DNA of 64,000 nt, taken from Bacteroidales bacterium. GTDB lineage: Bacteria > Bacteroidota > Bacteroidia > Bacteroidales > P3. Positions within the stretch are counted from its first letter, which is position 1, and each line of letters begins with the position of its first letter. The notes under the pieces are model-generated. The model saw nothing but the letters and a program-made list of their open reading frames with translations, was not told where the DNA came from and did no database searches. Below are positions 55,003 to 64,000 of this stretch, in pieces. The stretch covers positions 20,898 through 84,897 of the forward strand of contig JAQVXZ010000007.1 of assembly GCA_028708845.1 (NCBI GenBank), read 5' to 3'. Both the position numbers and the translations under genes were made by a program.

Positions 55003-55066
55003 CAAAAACATATAGTTGTTATATTAAGAAGATTAATTAAAATAAACCCTTTAAATTAAAAGAAAA

Positions 55067-56152
55067 ATGAAACAAGTACATAACTTTAACGCAGGTCCAT
55101 GCGTTTTGCCAAAACAAGCAGTAGAATCAGCTATCGAAGCTATTCGCAATTTCGACAACACAGGTATTGGTCTACTTGAGATATCTCACCGTACACCAGG
55201 TTGGGAAAGAACAATGGCAGAAACTGAAGCTTTGTGGAGAGAACTATTAAACATCCCAGAAAACTATGAAGTTTTATTCTTAGGTGGTGGTGCTTCAACT
55301 CAATTCTTCCACATTCCAGCTAACTTCTTAAAAACAAAAGCAGCTTTCCTTCAAACAGGTGTTTGGGCAAAAAAGGCAATTAAAGAAGCTAAATTTTATG
55401 GACAAGTTGAAGTAGTTGCTTCATCAGAAGATAAAAACTATACTTATATCCCTAAAAACTACACTATACCAACTGATGTAGATTACTTCCATATCACAAC
55501 TAACAACACTATTTACGGAACAGAATTAAAAACAGATATCGATTGTCCAGTTAATCTTATAGCTGATATGTCTTCTGATATTATGTCTCGTCCGGTTGAT
55601 ATTTCTAAATATGCTATGATTTATGGTGGAGCTCAAAAGAACGTTGGACCAGCAGGTGTAACTTTCGTTATCATCAGAAAAGACCTTATTGGAAATGGAG
55701 TTAGAGAACTTCAATCAATGGTTGATTACAAAACTCACGTTGGTAAAGAAGCTAGAGATAAATCAATGTTCAACACACCTCCTGTATTCCCAATATTCGT
55801 AATGCACGAAACTTTGAAATGGTTAAAAGAAATTGGTGGAGTTGCAGCAATAAACAAAATTAACGTTCACAAAGCAGACCTTCTTTATAACGAAATCGAC
55901 AGAAACAAAATGTTCAAAGGAACAGCTGTTAAAGAAGACCGTTCTATCATGAACGTATGTTTCGTTATGAATGACGAGTACAAAGAAAAAGAAGCAGATT
56001 TTATGGCATTTGCAAAAGAAAGAGGAATGATTGGAATTAAGGGTCACCGTTCAGTAGGTGGATTCCGTGCTTCTATCTACAACGCATGTCCAACAGAATC
56101 AGTTGAAGCATTAGTGGCTTGTATGCAAGAGTTTGAAAAATTAAACGCATAA
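55067..56152 (+). CDS. serC: 3-phosphoserine aminotransferase
   Basis: [22 protein letters not shown] and [12 protein letters not shown] (PLP lysine region) motifs. Confidence 0.95.
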   Translation: MKQVHNFNAGPCVLPKQAVESAIEAIRNFDNTGIGLLEISHRTPGWERTMAETEALWRELLNIPENYEVLFLGGGASTQFFHIPANFLKTKAAFLQTGVWAKKAIKEAKFYGQVEVVASSEDKNYTYIPKNYTIPTDVDYFHITTNNTIYGTELKTDIDCPVNLIADMSSDIMSRPVDISKYAMIYGGAQKNVGPAGVTFVIIRKDLIGNGVRELQSMVDYKTHVGKEARDKSMFNTPPVFPIFVMHETLKWLKEIGGVAAINKINVHKADLLYNEIDRNKMFKGTAVKEDRSIMNVCFVMNDEYKEKEADFMAFAKERGMIGIKGHRSVGGFRASIYNACPTESVEALVACMQEFEKLNA

Positions 56153-56157
56153 TTATT

Positions 56158-57078
56158 ATGACAAAAGTATTAGTAGCAACCGACAAACCATTTGCAAAAG
56201 CAGCGGTTGACGGAATAAGAAATATAGTAGAAGGAGCAGGCTTTGAACTAGCTCTTTTAGAAAAATATACAGACGTTAATGACCTATACAAAGCAGTAGC
56301 TGATGTAGATGCATTAATCGTTCGTTCAGATAACGTTACAAAAGAAGTTATCGATGCAGCAAAAAACCTTAAAATTGTAGTAAGAGCAGGAGCAGGATAC
56401 GATAATCTTGACCTTGAAGCTTGCACAGCAAGAGGAATTGTTGCAATGAACACACCAGGACAAAACTCAAACGCAGTTGCAGAACTTGCAATAGGTATGA
56501 TGATCTATATGGCTCGTACTTGCTTTACACCAGCAACAGGATCAGAACTTATTGGAAAGAAACTTGGTATCCACGCTTACGGTCACGTAGGTCGTTTAGT
56601 GGCTACAAAGGCAAAAGCAATGGGAATGGAAGTTTGGGCATTTGACCCATTCGTACCAGCAGAACAAATGAAAGCAGACGGAATAACAGTAGCTTCAACA
56701 ATAGAAGAACTTTATTCAAACTGTAACTATGTATCTCTTCATATCCCAGCAACAGAACAAACAAAGAAATCAATTAACTTCGACTTGCTTTCAAAAATGC
56801 CTAAGGGTGGATGTTTGATAAACACAGCTCGTAAAGAAGTTATTGACGAACAAGGAATGGTTAAATTGCTAACAGAAAGAACAGATTTAAAATACTGTAC
56901 AGATATTCCTGCTTCAAACCAAGAAGAATTAAATCAATTTGCACCAAGAGTTTTTGCATCACCAAAGAAAATGGGAGCACAAACAGCAGAAGCAAACCTA
57001 AATGCAGGAATTGCAGCTGCAAACCAAATTGTATCTTTCATCAAAGACGGAGTAACTAAATTTAAAGTTAACAAGTAG
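56158..57078 (+). CDS. serA: D-3-phosphoglycerate dehydrogenase (short form, no ACT domain)
   Basis: 2-hydroxyacid dehydrogenase motifs GIHAYGHVGRLVA (NAD-binding), SLHIP, and NTARKEVID. It sits immediately downstream of serC. Confidence 0.85.
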   Translation: MTKVLVATDKPFAKAAVDGIRNIVEGAGFELALLEKYTDVNDLYKAVADVDALIVRSDNVTKEVIDAAKNLKIVVRAGAGYDNLDLEACTARGIVAMNTPGQNSNAVAELAIGMMIYMARTCFTPATGSELIGKKLGIHAYGHVGRLVATKAKAMGMEVWAFDPFVPAEQMKADGITVASTIEELYSNCNYVSLHIPATEQTKKSINFDLLSKMPKGGCLINTARKEVIDEQGMVKLLTERTDLKYCTDIPASNQEELNQFAPRVFASPKKMGAQTAEANLNAGIAAANQIVSFIKDGVTKFKVNK

Positions 57079-57109
57079 TCAATACTTAAACTAAATAACA
57101 CTTAATACT

Positions 57110-57141
57110 AAGGCAATTCATTTATTTGAGTTGCCTTTTTT
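57110..57141 (+). terminator. intrinsic terminator after serA
   Basis: AAGGCAA-loop-TTGCCTT followed by a T-run. It runs straight into the 21-bp array. Confidence 0.65.
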
Positions 57142-57265
57142 CTTTCTTCGTTTCAGCAAATTACTTCTTCGTTTCACGAAATTCTTTCTTCGTTTCAGCA
57201 GATTAGTTCTTCGTTTTAAGAAATCCTTTCTTTGTTTCAGTAAATCCTTTCAGCAATTCAAGAAA
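57140..57265 (+). repeat. 21-bp-period tandem repeat array, locus E (6 units of exactly 21 nt)
   Basis: ttctttcttcgtttcagcaaa ttacttcttcgtttcacgaaa ttctttcttcgtttcagcaga ttagttcttcgttttaagaaa tcctttctttgtttcagtaaa tcctttcagcaattcaagaaa. Confidence 0.9.
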
Positions 57266-57311
57266 ATTGTTTCTTTTTTTGTTTATAATTGTTTATATAA
57301 AATATAATAAG

Positions 57312-57319
57312 TACTTTTG
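57312..57319 (+). promoter_or_regulatory. -7 box TACTTTTG
   Basis: 21 nt upstream of the ATG at 57341. Confidence 0.45.
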
Positions 57320-57340
57320 TTGCCAAATTATATCATAAAT

Positions 57341-60300
57341 ATGAAACACTTACTACTTTCTGTTTTCGCAATTCTATTTGCTCTTAATTCTTTTAGTCAA
57401 TGTACTATCACCACATTGCCTTATCAAGAGAACTTTCAAAGCTATAATAATGGAACAGTTCCTCCTTGTTGGACTTCATTTAATTCTTATTCTGAGATAA
57501 TTCAACTTATGGGCAATAAATATCTTGGTATAAATAATTCATATATGCTATTACCTAAAATTGATACCTCAATTCATATTAATACTTTAAAAATGAATTT
57601 GGATATTCAAGGATCATCAACAATTATTGTAGGTGTTATGAATAATAATTCCGATGCTTCAACATTCGATACAATTGCTACATTTCGACCGATGTCATAT
57701 TCTAATTTTAATAATATTGAGATTAATTTTTCTCAATACCTTGGTAGTGGAAATTACATTGCATTTAAGTCTAGTGGAGTATATATTGATAATATAATTC
57801 TTCAAACTACTCCTGCATGTTCTAAGCCGTTTAATTTCCAAGGAAATATTAATTCTGCATCGGTAGATTTGACATGGACAGAAGGGCATCTTGGAGATTC
57901 TGCATGGTATGTTTTCTATAAAGTTGATACTGCTTCTGTTTTTGATACAGTTAGAGTTATATCAAAACCTTATACTATAAATAACTTATTGCCATTAACT
58001 AATTATAAATTTATGGTGGCAACAGATTGTGGTAATTCAATTTCCTTAAAAAGTGATACATTATCTTTAAGAACTGATTGTAATACAATAGATACAATGC
58101 CATATATAGAAAACTTTGATACTTATGGAAGTGGCAGAACTATTTTCCCTACATGTTGGCATAGATCAGCTCCAGGGTCACAATCTCTATATGTTTATTC
58201 AAGTAAATTAATTTTTTATCATAGCAATAACGCTGCATTAACACCTGCTTTTGATGAATCAATAAATATTAAAGACTTAACTATATCATTTGATATTAGA
58301 AATACTTTAGAAGCGCATTTAGGAAATCAAGGGATGATTGTAGGAGTAATGGATAATGAATCTGATTATTCAACTTTAGATACTATGTTTACTTTGAAAA
58401 CTCCCTATAATGTATTAAAACGTGTAAACTTAAATTTTAATCAATATCAAGGAAGCGGAAAGCATATTGTATTTAGGGCTAGTTACTATAATATTTCTAA
58501 TCTTGTAATTGATTATACCCCATCATGTGCAAGACCATATAACCTAACTTCAAATACTAATTCGACACAAACAGAATTATCTTGGATAAGTGGGAACTCT
58601 TATGATGCAGCATGGTATATTTATTATAAACCTAGTACAAGCACAGTATATGATTCAGTTTATGCAAATACATCAACATTTACATTAACAAACCTCTTGC
58701 CTCAAACCAATTATACTACATTTGTTAGAACAGTTTGTGATACTTCTTTATCAGAAAGTACTGATACAATTGCATTTCGAACATATTGCAATACAATAAA
58801 TAACATACCATATATTGAGAATTTTAATACTTATGGTTCTGGTTCGACAATTTTCCCTCCATGTTGGAAACAAAATAATTCTGATAATAGGGAGCAAACA
58901 ATATATGTTTATAATTTAAATTTATGCTTAACTTCGGCTCATGATGCAACAAGAATAGCAGTAACACCTCGTTTTAACGATTCTTTATCTTTAAATAATA
59001 TGATGTTGAAATTTAAAATGAAGGCTGAATATTACTCAGAAGATACTACATTCAGAAATTTAATAATAGGATCGATGACGGATATTGAAGATATATCTAC
59101 ATTTGATTCCATTACTACAGTATCTGCAAATAGTAATTGGAGAAATATTGATATTAATCTTTCTCAATATGATTTTTCAGGACAGTATATTGCTTTTAAG
59201 TATAGCTATGAAGAAGGAGCCATGTATATTACAAATATATTAATTGATGAAATACCGACTTGTCCAAGACCAATTAATCCGCAAGTAGATAATATAGGTG
59301 GTAAGTCGGTAGATATTAGTTGGGATTTATTTACAGGGGATGAATCAATGTGGAAAGTATATTATAAACCAACTAATAACTTAACTTATGATTCTATAAT
59401 TTCAACAACAAATAATTTTACATTAAACAATTTAATTCCCACTTCAAACTATCAAGCATATATAGTAACCTTATGTGACACTTCAAATTCAGAAGGAAGT
59501 GATATAATATATTTTAGAACAATTTGCGCAACTATTGATACATTTCCTTTTTTAGAAACCTTTACTCGTACAGGAATAAATGCATTCCCAAATTGTTGGG
59601 TTACATCTTCAACAGATATAGTATCTGGAAGATTAGCTTTTAGTAGTAGTGATATTCTTATTAGTCCTGAAATTAATAATGCGACAAATATTAGTGATTT
59701 GATGATTAGATTTAATGCTTCACTTTTTTTTGGCTCTCAAGATGATAATAATATAATATTTACTATTGGGGTAATGAGTGATCAAAATGATATCACAACA
59801 TTTGATTCTGTCACATCAGTAATATTAAACAACTTATCCGCAGAATTTGACATTAGTCTAGAAGGGTATCAAGGTTCAGGGCATTTTATTGCTATACAAG
59901 CAAAAGGAAGTTATTCTTTTCTTTCGATAGATGATTTCTTAATTGACCAAAGAACATCTCGTTGTTTTAGACCAGTTGATATTGTTGCCACTAAAGATAC
60001 AACTAATTTTTTAAGTGTAAATCTTTCTTGGCAAGTATTAGATGCAAATGAATCAGGCTATTGGGTCTATTACCTAACTGAATATGCAACTCAGCACGAT
60101 TCTATTTATTCTGCAACCAATTCAATCACAATTCCAAATTTACTTCCTCACTCTAAGTATTTCTTTTTTCTAAATACATATTGTAGTATTGAAGGGATTT
60201 CTCTTTTATCATCACCGGCATCATATATTACTCCTTGTTATAATGCCACAATAAGTAGCTTCCCTTTTACTGAAGATTTTTCATCAGGTTTTAATTGTTG

Positions 60301-62377
60301 GAGACTAGAAAATAATGGAACATTAAGAGATGTAAATTGGATGGACAATAATGGTAGTGCTAGATATATTAATGATGGTTATACTGTAAGAGATTCCCGA
60401 TTAATAAGTCCAGCCTTTAACTTTACATCTAATATGCAGATTACTTATAATCTTCAAAAAGAATTCATATATAATAATCCAAATAAAAGACTTTACGTCT
60501 ATATTAATTCAAATCCAGACACAATAGGTGCAATATTATTAGGAACAGAATATCCAAATGGAAGAGCTGAACAAACAACTTATTGGGATACTATTAACTA
60601 TCAAATTCCTTTAAATACTTTTGGACTAAGGTATATAATTTTTAAAGGAGGAGGTGAAGGGAATTTTAGAATTGATAATATAGTTGTTGAGCCTGCACTA
60701 ACTTGTCCAATAAATTATATTCCTATCATTGATAAATATAATGAAAACTCTATAACAGTTAAATGGAATAATAGTATTTTAGTACCTCAAAATTGGCAAC
60801 TTGCTTATCAAGCAATAAGTCCTTCAAACTTTAATCCATCTTCACCTTCTGCAACCCAAGTATTAATTTCAGATACATCCCTAACATCATTTACTATTAA
60901 TGGATTAAATCAAGGAACAACATATAGCATAGCTCTAAGACCATTATGTGACACAACTTGGTCAAATACTGTATATGTTTATACTCCAGAGGTTGCTCAA
61001 ATACCTTATACTTGTAATTTTGAAAACACAATTGAGAATAAAAACTGGACAATATCTAATGGAGATGCACTAAATCGTTGGTATATATCCTCAGCCGTAG
61101 ATAATGATACTATTGAAGGTAATTCATTGCTTATATCTCACGATAATGGATTAAGTAACGTTTACACTCATAATGCAATATCTTGCGTAAGTGCAACAAG
61201 ACCATTTGAGTCAACAGGAGCAGATTCATATACTTTAAAATTTGATGTAAGAATGAAAGGTGAGCCTAACTATGATTACCTTAAAGTCTTTGTTGTGGAT
61301 AATGACACAACGTATGCAGGTTCAAATACAATCCAATATTATGGAAGTAAAACCTATTCAAATCAAGTCGTTTTATTTGGAGGAGTAGATGGATCATGTC
61401 CAACTTGTGCCTACAGGAGTAATTATAATACTTCAACCGTAACACATACAATACAATTAGGCAGTCAAGGAGTAGCAGGTAACGTTAGGAAGTTAGTATT
61501 TGTGTGGGTAAATGACTTTGCAATTTCTAATAACCCACCACCTGCAATTGATAATATTTCACTTAAAGAGTATGCTATAATAACAGAAATCTACGACACA
61601 ATATGTCAAGGTAATCATTACACTCAAAACGGTTTTAATGTAGATAGTGCAGGAGTATATACAAGAACAATTCAAGTTTCAAATGGTTATGATACTATAT
61701 TAAATCTAAATTTAATGGTTAATCCTTCATATAATACAAACTATACGGCTTCAATATGTCAAGGAGGAATTTATACCGAACATGGTTTCAATGCAGATAG
61801 TGCTGGAGTTTACACACAAAATCTTCAAACAATAAATTCTTGTGATAGTATAGTAAGTCTTACACTTTCAGTTATTGAACTTGCAACTCCAACAAATATA
61901 TCAATTCAACAAGAAGGAAACGTATTTAATATAAGCTGGCAAGTCCAAGCAGATAGTTCTATCCTTTATCGTAATAATGAATTAATTGCAACACTAACAA
62001 CCAATAACTATCAAGATACTAACCTTATTGATGGAGTGAACTATTGTTATAAGCTAAAAGCAATGATTGGAGATTGTGTAAGTGAAGAAAGTCCAGAAGA
62101 GTGTAAAGCCTTTTTGGGGATTAATGATATTGATAAAGCAAACTACTCAATAAATATTTATCCAAATCCTGCAAGAGTCTATATCATAATAGAAGGAGAT
62201 AATATAGAGAAGATAGAAATATTTAATATTAATGGACAAAAGCTTCAAGAAAAGAAAGTCAACAATTCAAAGCATATAACATTAAATACTAAATCTTTGG
62301 CTAATGGAACATACCATATTAAGATAATCCACCATGACGGACAAATCCTTACTAAGAAACTAATAATAGCAAGATAG
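57341..62377 (+). CDS. giant modular secreted protein (1678 aa): five tandem [lectin/MAM-like + FN3-like] modules, further domains and a T9SS C-terminal sorting domain
   Basis: Signal peptide MKHLLLSVFAILFALNSFSQ. Module starts C-x-TI-x-x-PY-x-ENF...FP-x-CW are at nt 57401, 58079, 58787, 59525 and 60236. Two ICQG..YT..GFN.DSAGVYT repeats lie at about 61601-61880. CTD IYPNPARVYIIIEG...GTYHIKIIH...KKLIIAR. Confidence 0.8.
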   Translation: MKHLLLSVFAILFALNSFSQCTITTLPYQENFQSYNNGTVPPCWTSFNSYSEIIQLMGNKYLGINNSYMLLPKIDTSIHINTLKMNLDIQGSSTIIVGVMNNNSDASTFDTIATFRPMSYSNFNNIEINFSQYLGSGNYIAFKSSGVYIDNIILQTTPACSKPFNFQGNINSASVDLTWTEGHLGDSAWYVFYKVDTASVFDTVRVISKPYTINNLLPLTNYKFMVATDCGNSISLKSDTLSLRTDCNTIDTMPYIENFDTYGSGRTIFPTCWHRSAPGSQSLYVYSSKLIFYHSNNAALTPAFDESINIKDLTISFDIRNTLEAHLGNQGMIVGVMDNESDYSTLDTMFTLKTPYNVLKRVNLNFNQYQGSGKHIVFRASYYNISNLVIDYTPSCARPYNLTSNTNSTQTELSWISGNSYDAAWYIYYKPSTSTVYDSVYANTSTFTLTNLLPQTNYTTFVRTVCDTSLSESTDTIAFRTYCNTINNIPYIENFNTYGSGSTIFPPCWKQNNSDNREQTIYVYNLNLCLTSAHDATRIAVTPRFNDSLSLNNMMLKFKMKAEYYSEDTTFRNLIIGSMTDIEDISTFDSITTVSANSNWRNIDINLSQYDFSGQYIAFKYSYEEGAMYITNILIDEIPTCPRPINPQVDNIGGKSVDISWDLFTGDESMWKVYYKPTNNLTYDSIISTTNNFTLNNLIPTSNYQAYIVTLCDTSNSEGSDIIYFRTICATIDTFPFLETFTRTGINAFPNCWVTSSTDIVSGRLAFSSSDILISPEINNATNISDLMIRFNASLFFGSQDDNNIIFTIGVMSDQNDITTFDSVTSVILNNLSAEFDISLEGYQGSGHFIAIQAKGSYSFLSIDDFLIDQRTSRCFRPVDIVATKDTTNFLSVNLSWQVLDANESGYWVYYLTEYATQHDSIYSATNSITIPNLLPHSKYFFFLNTYCSIEGISLLSSPASYITPCYNATISSFPFTEDFSSGFNCWRLENNGTLRDVNWMDNNGSARYINDGYTVRDSRLISPAFNFTSNMQITYNLQKEFIYNNPNKRLYVYINSNPDTIGAILLGTEYPNGRAEQTTYWDTINYQIPLNTFGLRYIIFKGGGEGNFRIDNIVVEPALTCPINYIPIIDKYNENSITVKWNNSILVPQNWQLAYQAISPSNFNPSSPSATQVLISDTSLTSFTINGLNQGTTYSIALRPLCDTTWSNTVYVYTPEVAQIPYTCNFENTIENKNWTISNGDALNRWYISSAVDNDTIEGNSLLISHDNGLSNVYTHNAISCVSATRPFESTGADSYTLKFDVRMKGEPNYDYLKVFVVDNDTTYAGSNTIQYYGSKTYSNQVVLFGGVDGSCPTCAYRSNYNTSTVTHTIQLGSQGVAGNVRKLVFVWVNDFAISNNPPPAIDNISLKEYAIITEIYDTICQGNHYTQNGFNVDSAGVYTRTIQVSNGYDTILNLNLMVNPSYNTNYTASICQGGIYTEHGFNADSAGVYTQNLQTINSCDSIVSLTLSVIELATPTNISIQQEGNVFNISWQVQADSSILYRNNELIATLTTNNYQDTNLIDGVNYCYKLKAMIGDCVSEESPEECKAFLGINDIDKANYSINIYPNPARVYIIIEGDNIEKIEIFNINGQKLQEKKVNNSKHITLNTKSLANGTYHIKIIHHDGQILTKKLIIAR

Positions 62378-62425
62378 AGATTTCATTATTACTTTTATTA
62401 TATATTGTTAATTCAAACATTTTAC

Positions 62426-62433
62426 TATCTTTG
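62426..62433 (+). promoter_or_regulatory. -7 box TATCTTTG
   Basis: It lies inside the longer track ORF and 97 nt upstream of the ATG at 62531 (MKKLIFTIF...). Confidence 0.4.
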
Positions 62434-62530
62434 CCGAGTTAAAAGATTATTTCTATGTAGGGAATGTCGATCATTAGAAAACAAATATGGTTATTGTACT
62501 CAAGTTGAGGTTATAAATGAAACTTATATT

Positions 62531-63127
62531 ATGAAGAAACTGATTTTTACTATTTTCCTTTTATCCTCTTTCTTGGTTTATTCACAAGAAGAAATGCCTA
62601 TTAAGCAACCCTCTAAGTTTCATCATAGCATAGGTTTAAATCTATCGCCTCTTATGCTGGGAGGATATATTGTTCCTGATATTTTTCAGACATACACGGT
62701 GCCTTTTGGAGGAAAGCATTGGCGTAATTTCATCCCATACTATGAGTTAGATTATAATAATAAGATTTTCTTAGCTTTCAATTATAGATATGATAATATC
62801 GATTATAAGTTTAATGCGGGGATGTACAATCTTCTTCTTAGTTATAATTTTTTTAAGTCTAAATCTTCTCAGGCATTTAAGTTAGGAGCTGGAGGGGTGT
62901 ATTTTAGAGCAGAAAAGAATAGAATTGTTAGTTATAGGATAGGTCATGTTTTAGCTTTAACTTATCATGAAAAGATTAATAAACACTTAGGAGCAGGTAT
63001 AGGTATTGACTTGGCTTTTTTCCCTTCTACTATCATAAAGGAAGATTATGGTGATATAATAGTAGAAAGTAGAGAAAGTGCTCATGGAATATTCCATTTC
63101 TATCTTAAATTCTCCTATACTTTCTAA
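62531..63127 (+). CDS. hypothetical secreted protein, possibly a small outer-membrane beta-barrel
   Basis: Signal peptide MKKLIFTIFLLSSFLVYSQ, and a C-terminal ...FYLKFSYTF (aromatic terminus). Confidence 0.5.
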   Translation: MKKLIFTIFLLSSFLVYSQEEMPIKQPSKFHHSIGLNLSPLMLGGYIVPDIFQTYTVPFGGKHWRNFIPYYELDYNNKIFLAFNYRYDNIDYKFNAGMYNLLLSYNFFKSKSSQAFKLGAGGVYFRAEKNRIVSYRIGHVLALTYHEKINKHLGAGIGIDLAFFPSTIIKEDYGDIIVESRESAHGIFHFYLKFSYTF

Positions 63128-63864
63128 TCTGTAAATATAAGCCAGTTTGTTTGGTTTTTGGTGCTTGATGTTAGTTTGCCAATTGGGATGTAGTTCTCAC
63201 TCTCTGTGCGTATCCAACCATGGCTCCATGTGCCCATATCTAAACAAATAGCAGTGTTAATACCCATTCTGATTAGAGAGGCTGAGAAATCGTTTATCTT
63301 CATCCTTTGCTCTGATTCTACAACGCAGGGCTGGTTGTCAATAATAGCTAATGCTCTACGATAGGTTTCTCTTTCTCCGAAGATTTTGCAATCCATAAGA
63401 ACTGAATCGTGAACTAATAGCATTTGTTGGAATATGTAGCCTTTCTTACGTATTGCTTTTGTCTGCATTGATTTTAGGGAAAGGTCTATTGGTCTTATTG
63501 AAACTTTATTATCAATTATTGAAACATAACCATTGGCTATTGATTTATATCCCCATTTCACTATTCCTTTTTCTATATGCTTACCCATTATGCTTTTAAG
63601 GTCTTTTCCTGTGAAAGCAGCAGCAACGGATAGTTTTATTCTTGTGTCGTTTGAATCAGGACGTGTTGTTGTGAACTCTGCACGAGCATTTATTGGGCGA
63701 TAAACCAAGAGGGTAATAGTTAGGGTGTCTATTTGCTGATATATTGTATCGACCTCAATTCTTGAATTAATCTTATCAGAACTTAATATGGGATTAGAGT
63801 AAAGATTAGAGTATAGGTTTAGGCTAATTATAATGCTTACAAGTAATATTATAGTTTTTCGCAT
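63124..63864 (-). CDS. hypothetical secreted protein, possibly phosphodiester glycosidase (DUF2233/NAGPA)-like
   Basis: Signal peptide MRKTIILLVSIIISLN. The C-terminal part ...RRALAIIDNQPCVVES...MGINTAICLDMGTWSHGW loosely resembles that family. Confidence 0.4.
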   Translation of the reverse strand: MRKTIILLVSIIISLNLYSNLYSNPILSSDKINSRIEVDTIYQQIDTLTITLLVYRPINARAEFTTTRPDSNDTRIKLSVAAAFTGKDLKSIMGKHIEKGIVKWGYKSIANGYVSIIDNKVSIRPIDLSLKSMQTKAIRKKGYIFQQMLLVHDSVLMDCKIFGERETYRRALAIIDNQPCVVESEQRMKINDFSASLIRMGINTAICLDMGTWSHGWIRTESENYIPIGKLTSSTKNQTNWLIFTD

Positions 63865-64000
63865 GCTAGTATAATCTTTTCACCCTCTGCATTGGTTGTG
63901 AAGAAAAGGTAGTCATCTCCTCCATCTTTTATTGCGGTACGTTTTCTAATATCTGCAACCATTTGAGGGAAGTTTCTAATTGTTATATTAGCTTTTGGAT
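63849..64000 (-). CDS. 3' end of an unidentified gene entering from the right edge (partial)
   Basis: Open minus-strand frame ...ANITIRNFPQMVADIRKRTAIKDGGDDYLFFTTNAEGEKIILACEKL-stop. Its stop region overlaps the start of the next gene. Confidence 0.35.
   Translation of the reverse strand, partial: PKANITIRNFPQMVADIRKRTAIKDGGDDYLFFTTNAEGEKIILACEKL

Noticed and set aside
62405-62530. N-terminal extensions proposed by the ORF track (62405, 57317, 5548, 2940, 22899, 48743, 54891, 11463, 22935, 33835)
   Set aside because: The extensions start at TTG or GTG, or precede an obvious signal peptide. In most cases they also contain the TAnnTTTG promoter box, so the downstream ATG is the more plausible start.
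1-64000. tRNA, rRNA, tmRNA, RNase P or riboswitch genes in the intergenic regions
   Set aside because: I scanned all gaps over 60 nt by eye. None has the GC-rich stem pattern or conserved boxes of these RNAs. This is only a visual check, and a covariance-model scan would be needed to be sure.

Overview
AT-rich chromosomal segment that looks like Bacteroidota. Evidence for the phylum: several T9SS-type C-terminal sorting domains, a gldH-like lipoprotein gene, a Rho with a long K/E/T-rich N-terminal insertion, and TAnnTTTG (-7 type) promoter boxes in front of most transcription units. Most of the window is housekeeping: two tandem trkH paralogs, a CDF transporter, holB-PSP1(ricT)-gldH-PBP1A, a histidine kinase with hemW, dapA, class II fba, surE, lpxB, SpoIID-like, a UPF0597/cysteine-desulfidase-like gene, glyQS, rho, an Nfn-like PyrK/GltD fusion, rhomboid, miaA, a CCA/HD nucleotidyltransferase and serC-serA. 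There are also several secreted or outer-membrane proteins, including two BspA-type LRR paralogs and a 1678-aa modular T9SS protein. I found no rRNA, tRNA, CRISPR array, IS transposase or integrase. The accessory part is a roughly 10.4 kb defence island (about 28.2-38.5 kb). It is a type I R-M system (hsdM, hsdS, hsdR) split open by four cargo genes: an uncharacterised 301-aa protein with a C-terminal Rx4H (HEPN-like) motif, translationally coupled to hsdS; an uncharacterised 241-aa protein with an E...PD...EAK (PD-(D/E)xK-like) motif; and an AbiEi/AbiEii pair. Short relic copies of the hsdS 3' end and the hsdR 5' end bracket two of the cargo units. The hsdM-hsdS spacer carries two copies of a perfect 28-nt GC-rich palindrome. 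Other unexplained structure: (1) a 21-bp-period tandem repeat family (core AAACGAAGA) at five intergenic loci, always in the same orientation relative to the upstream gene; (2) 7-nt-period purine-rich arrays starting at or just after three stop codons; (3) a poly(A) frameshift at the start of one LRR paralog; (4) a serine-recombinase homolog that lacks the catalytic residues. All functional calls rest on motifs read by eye. No database or profile searches were run.
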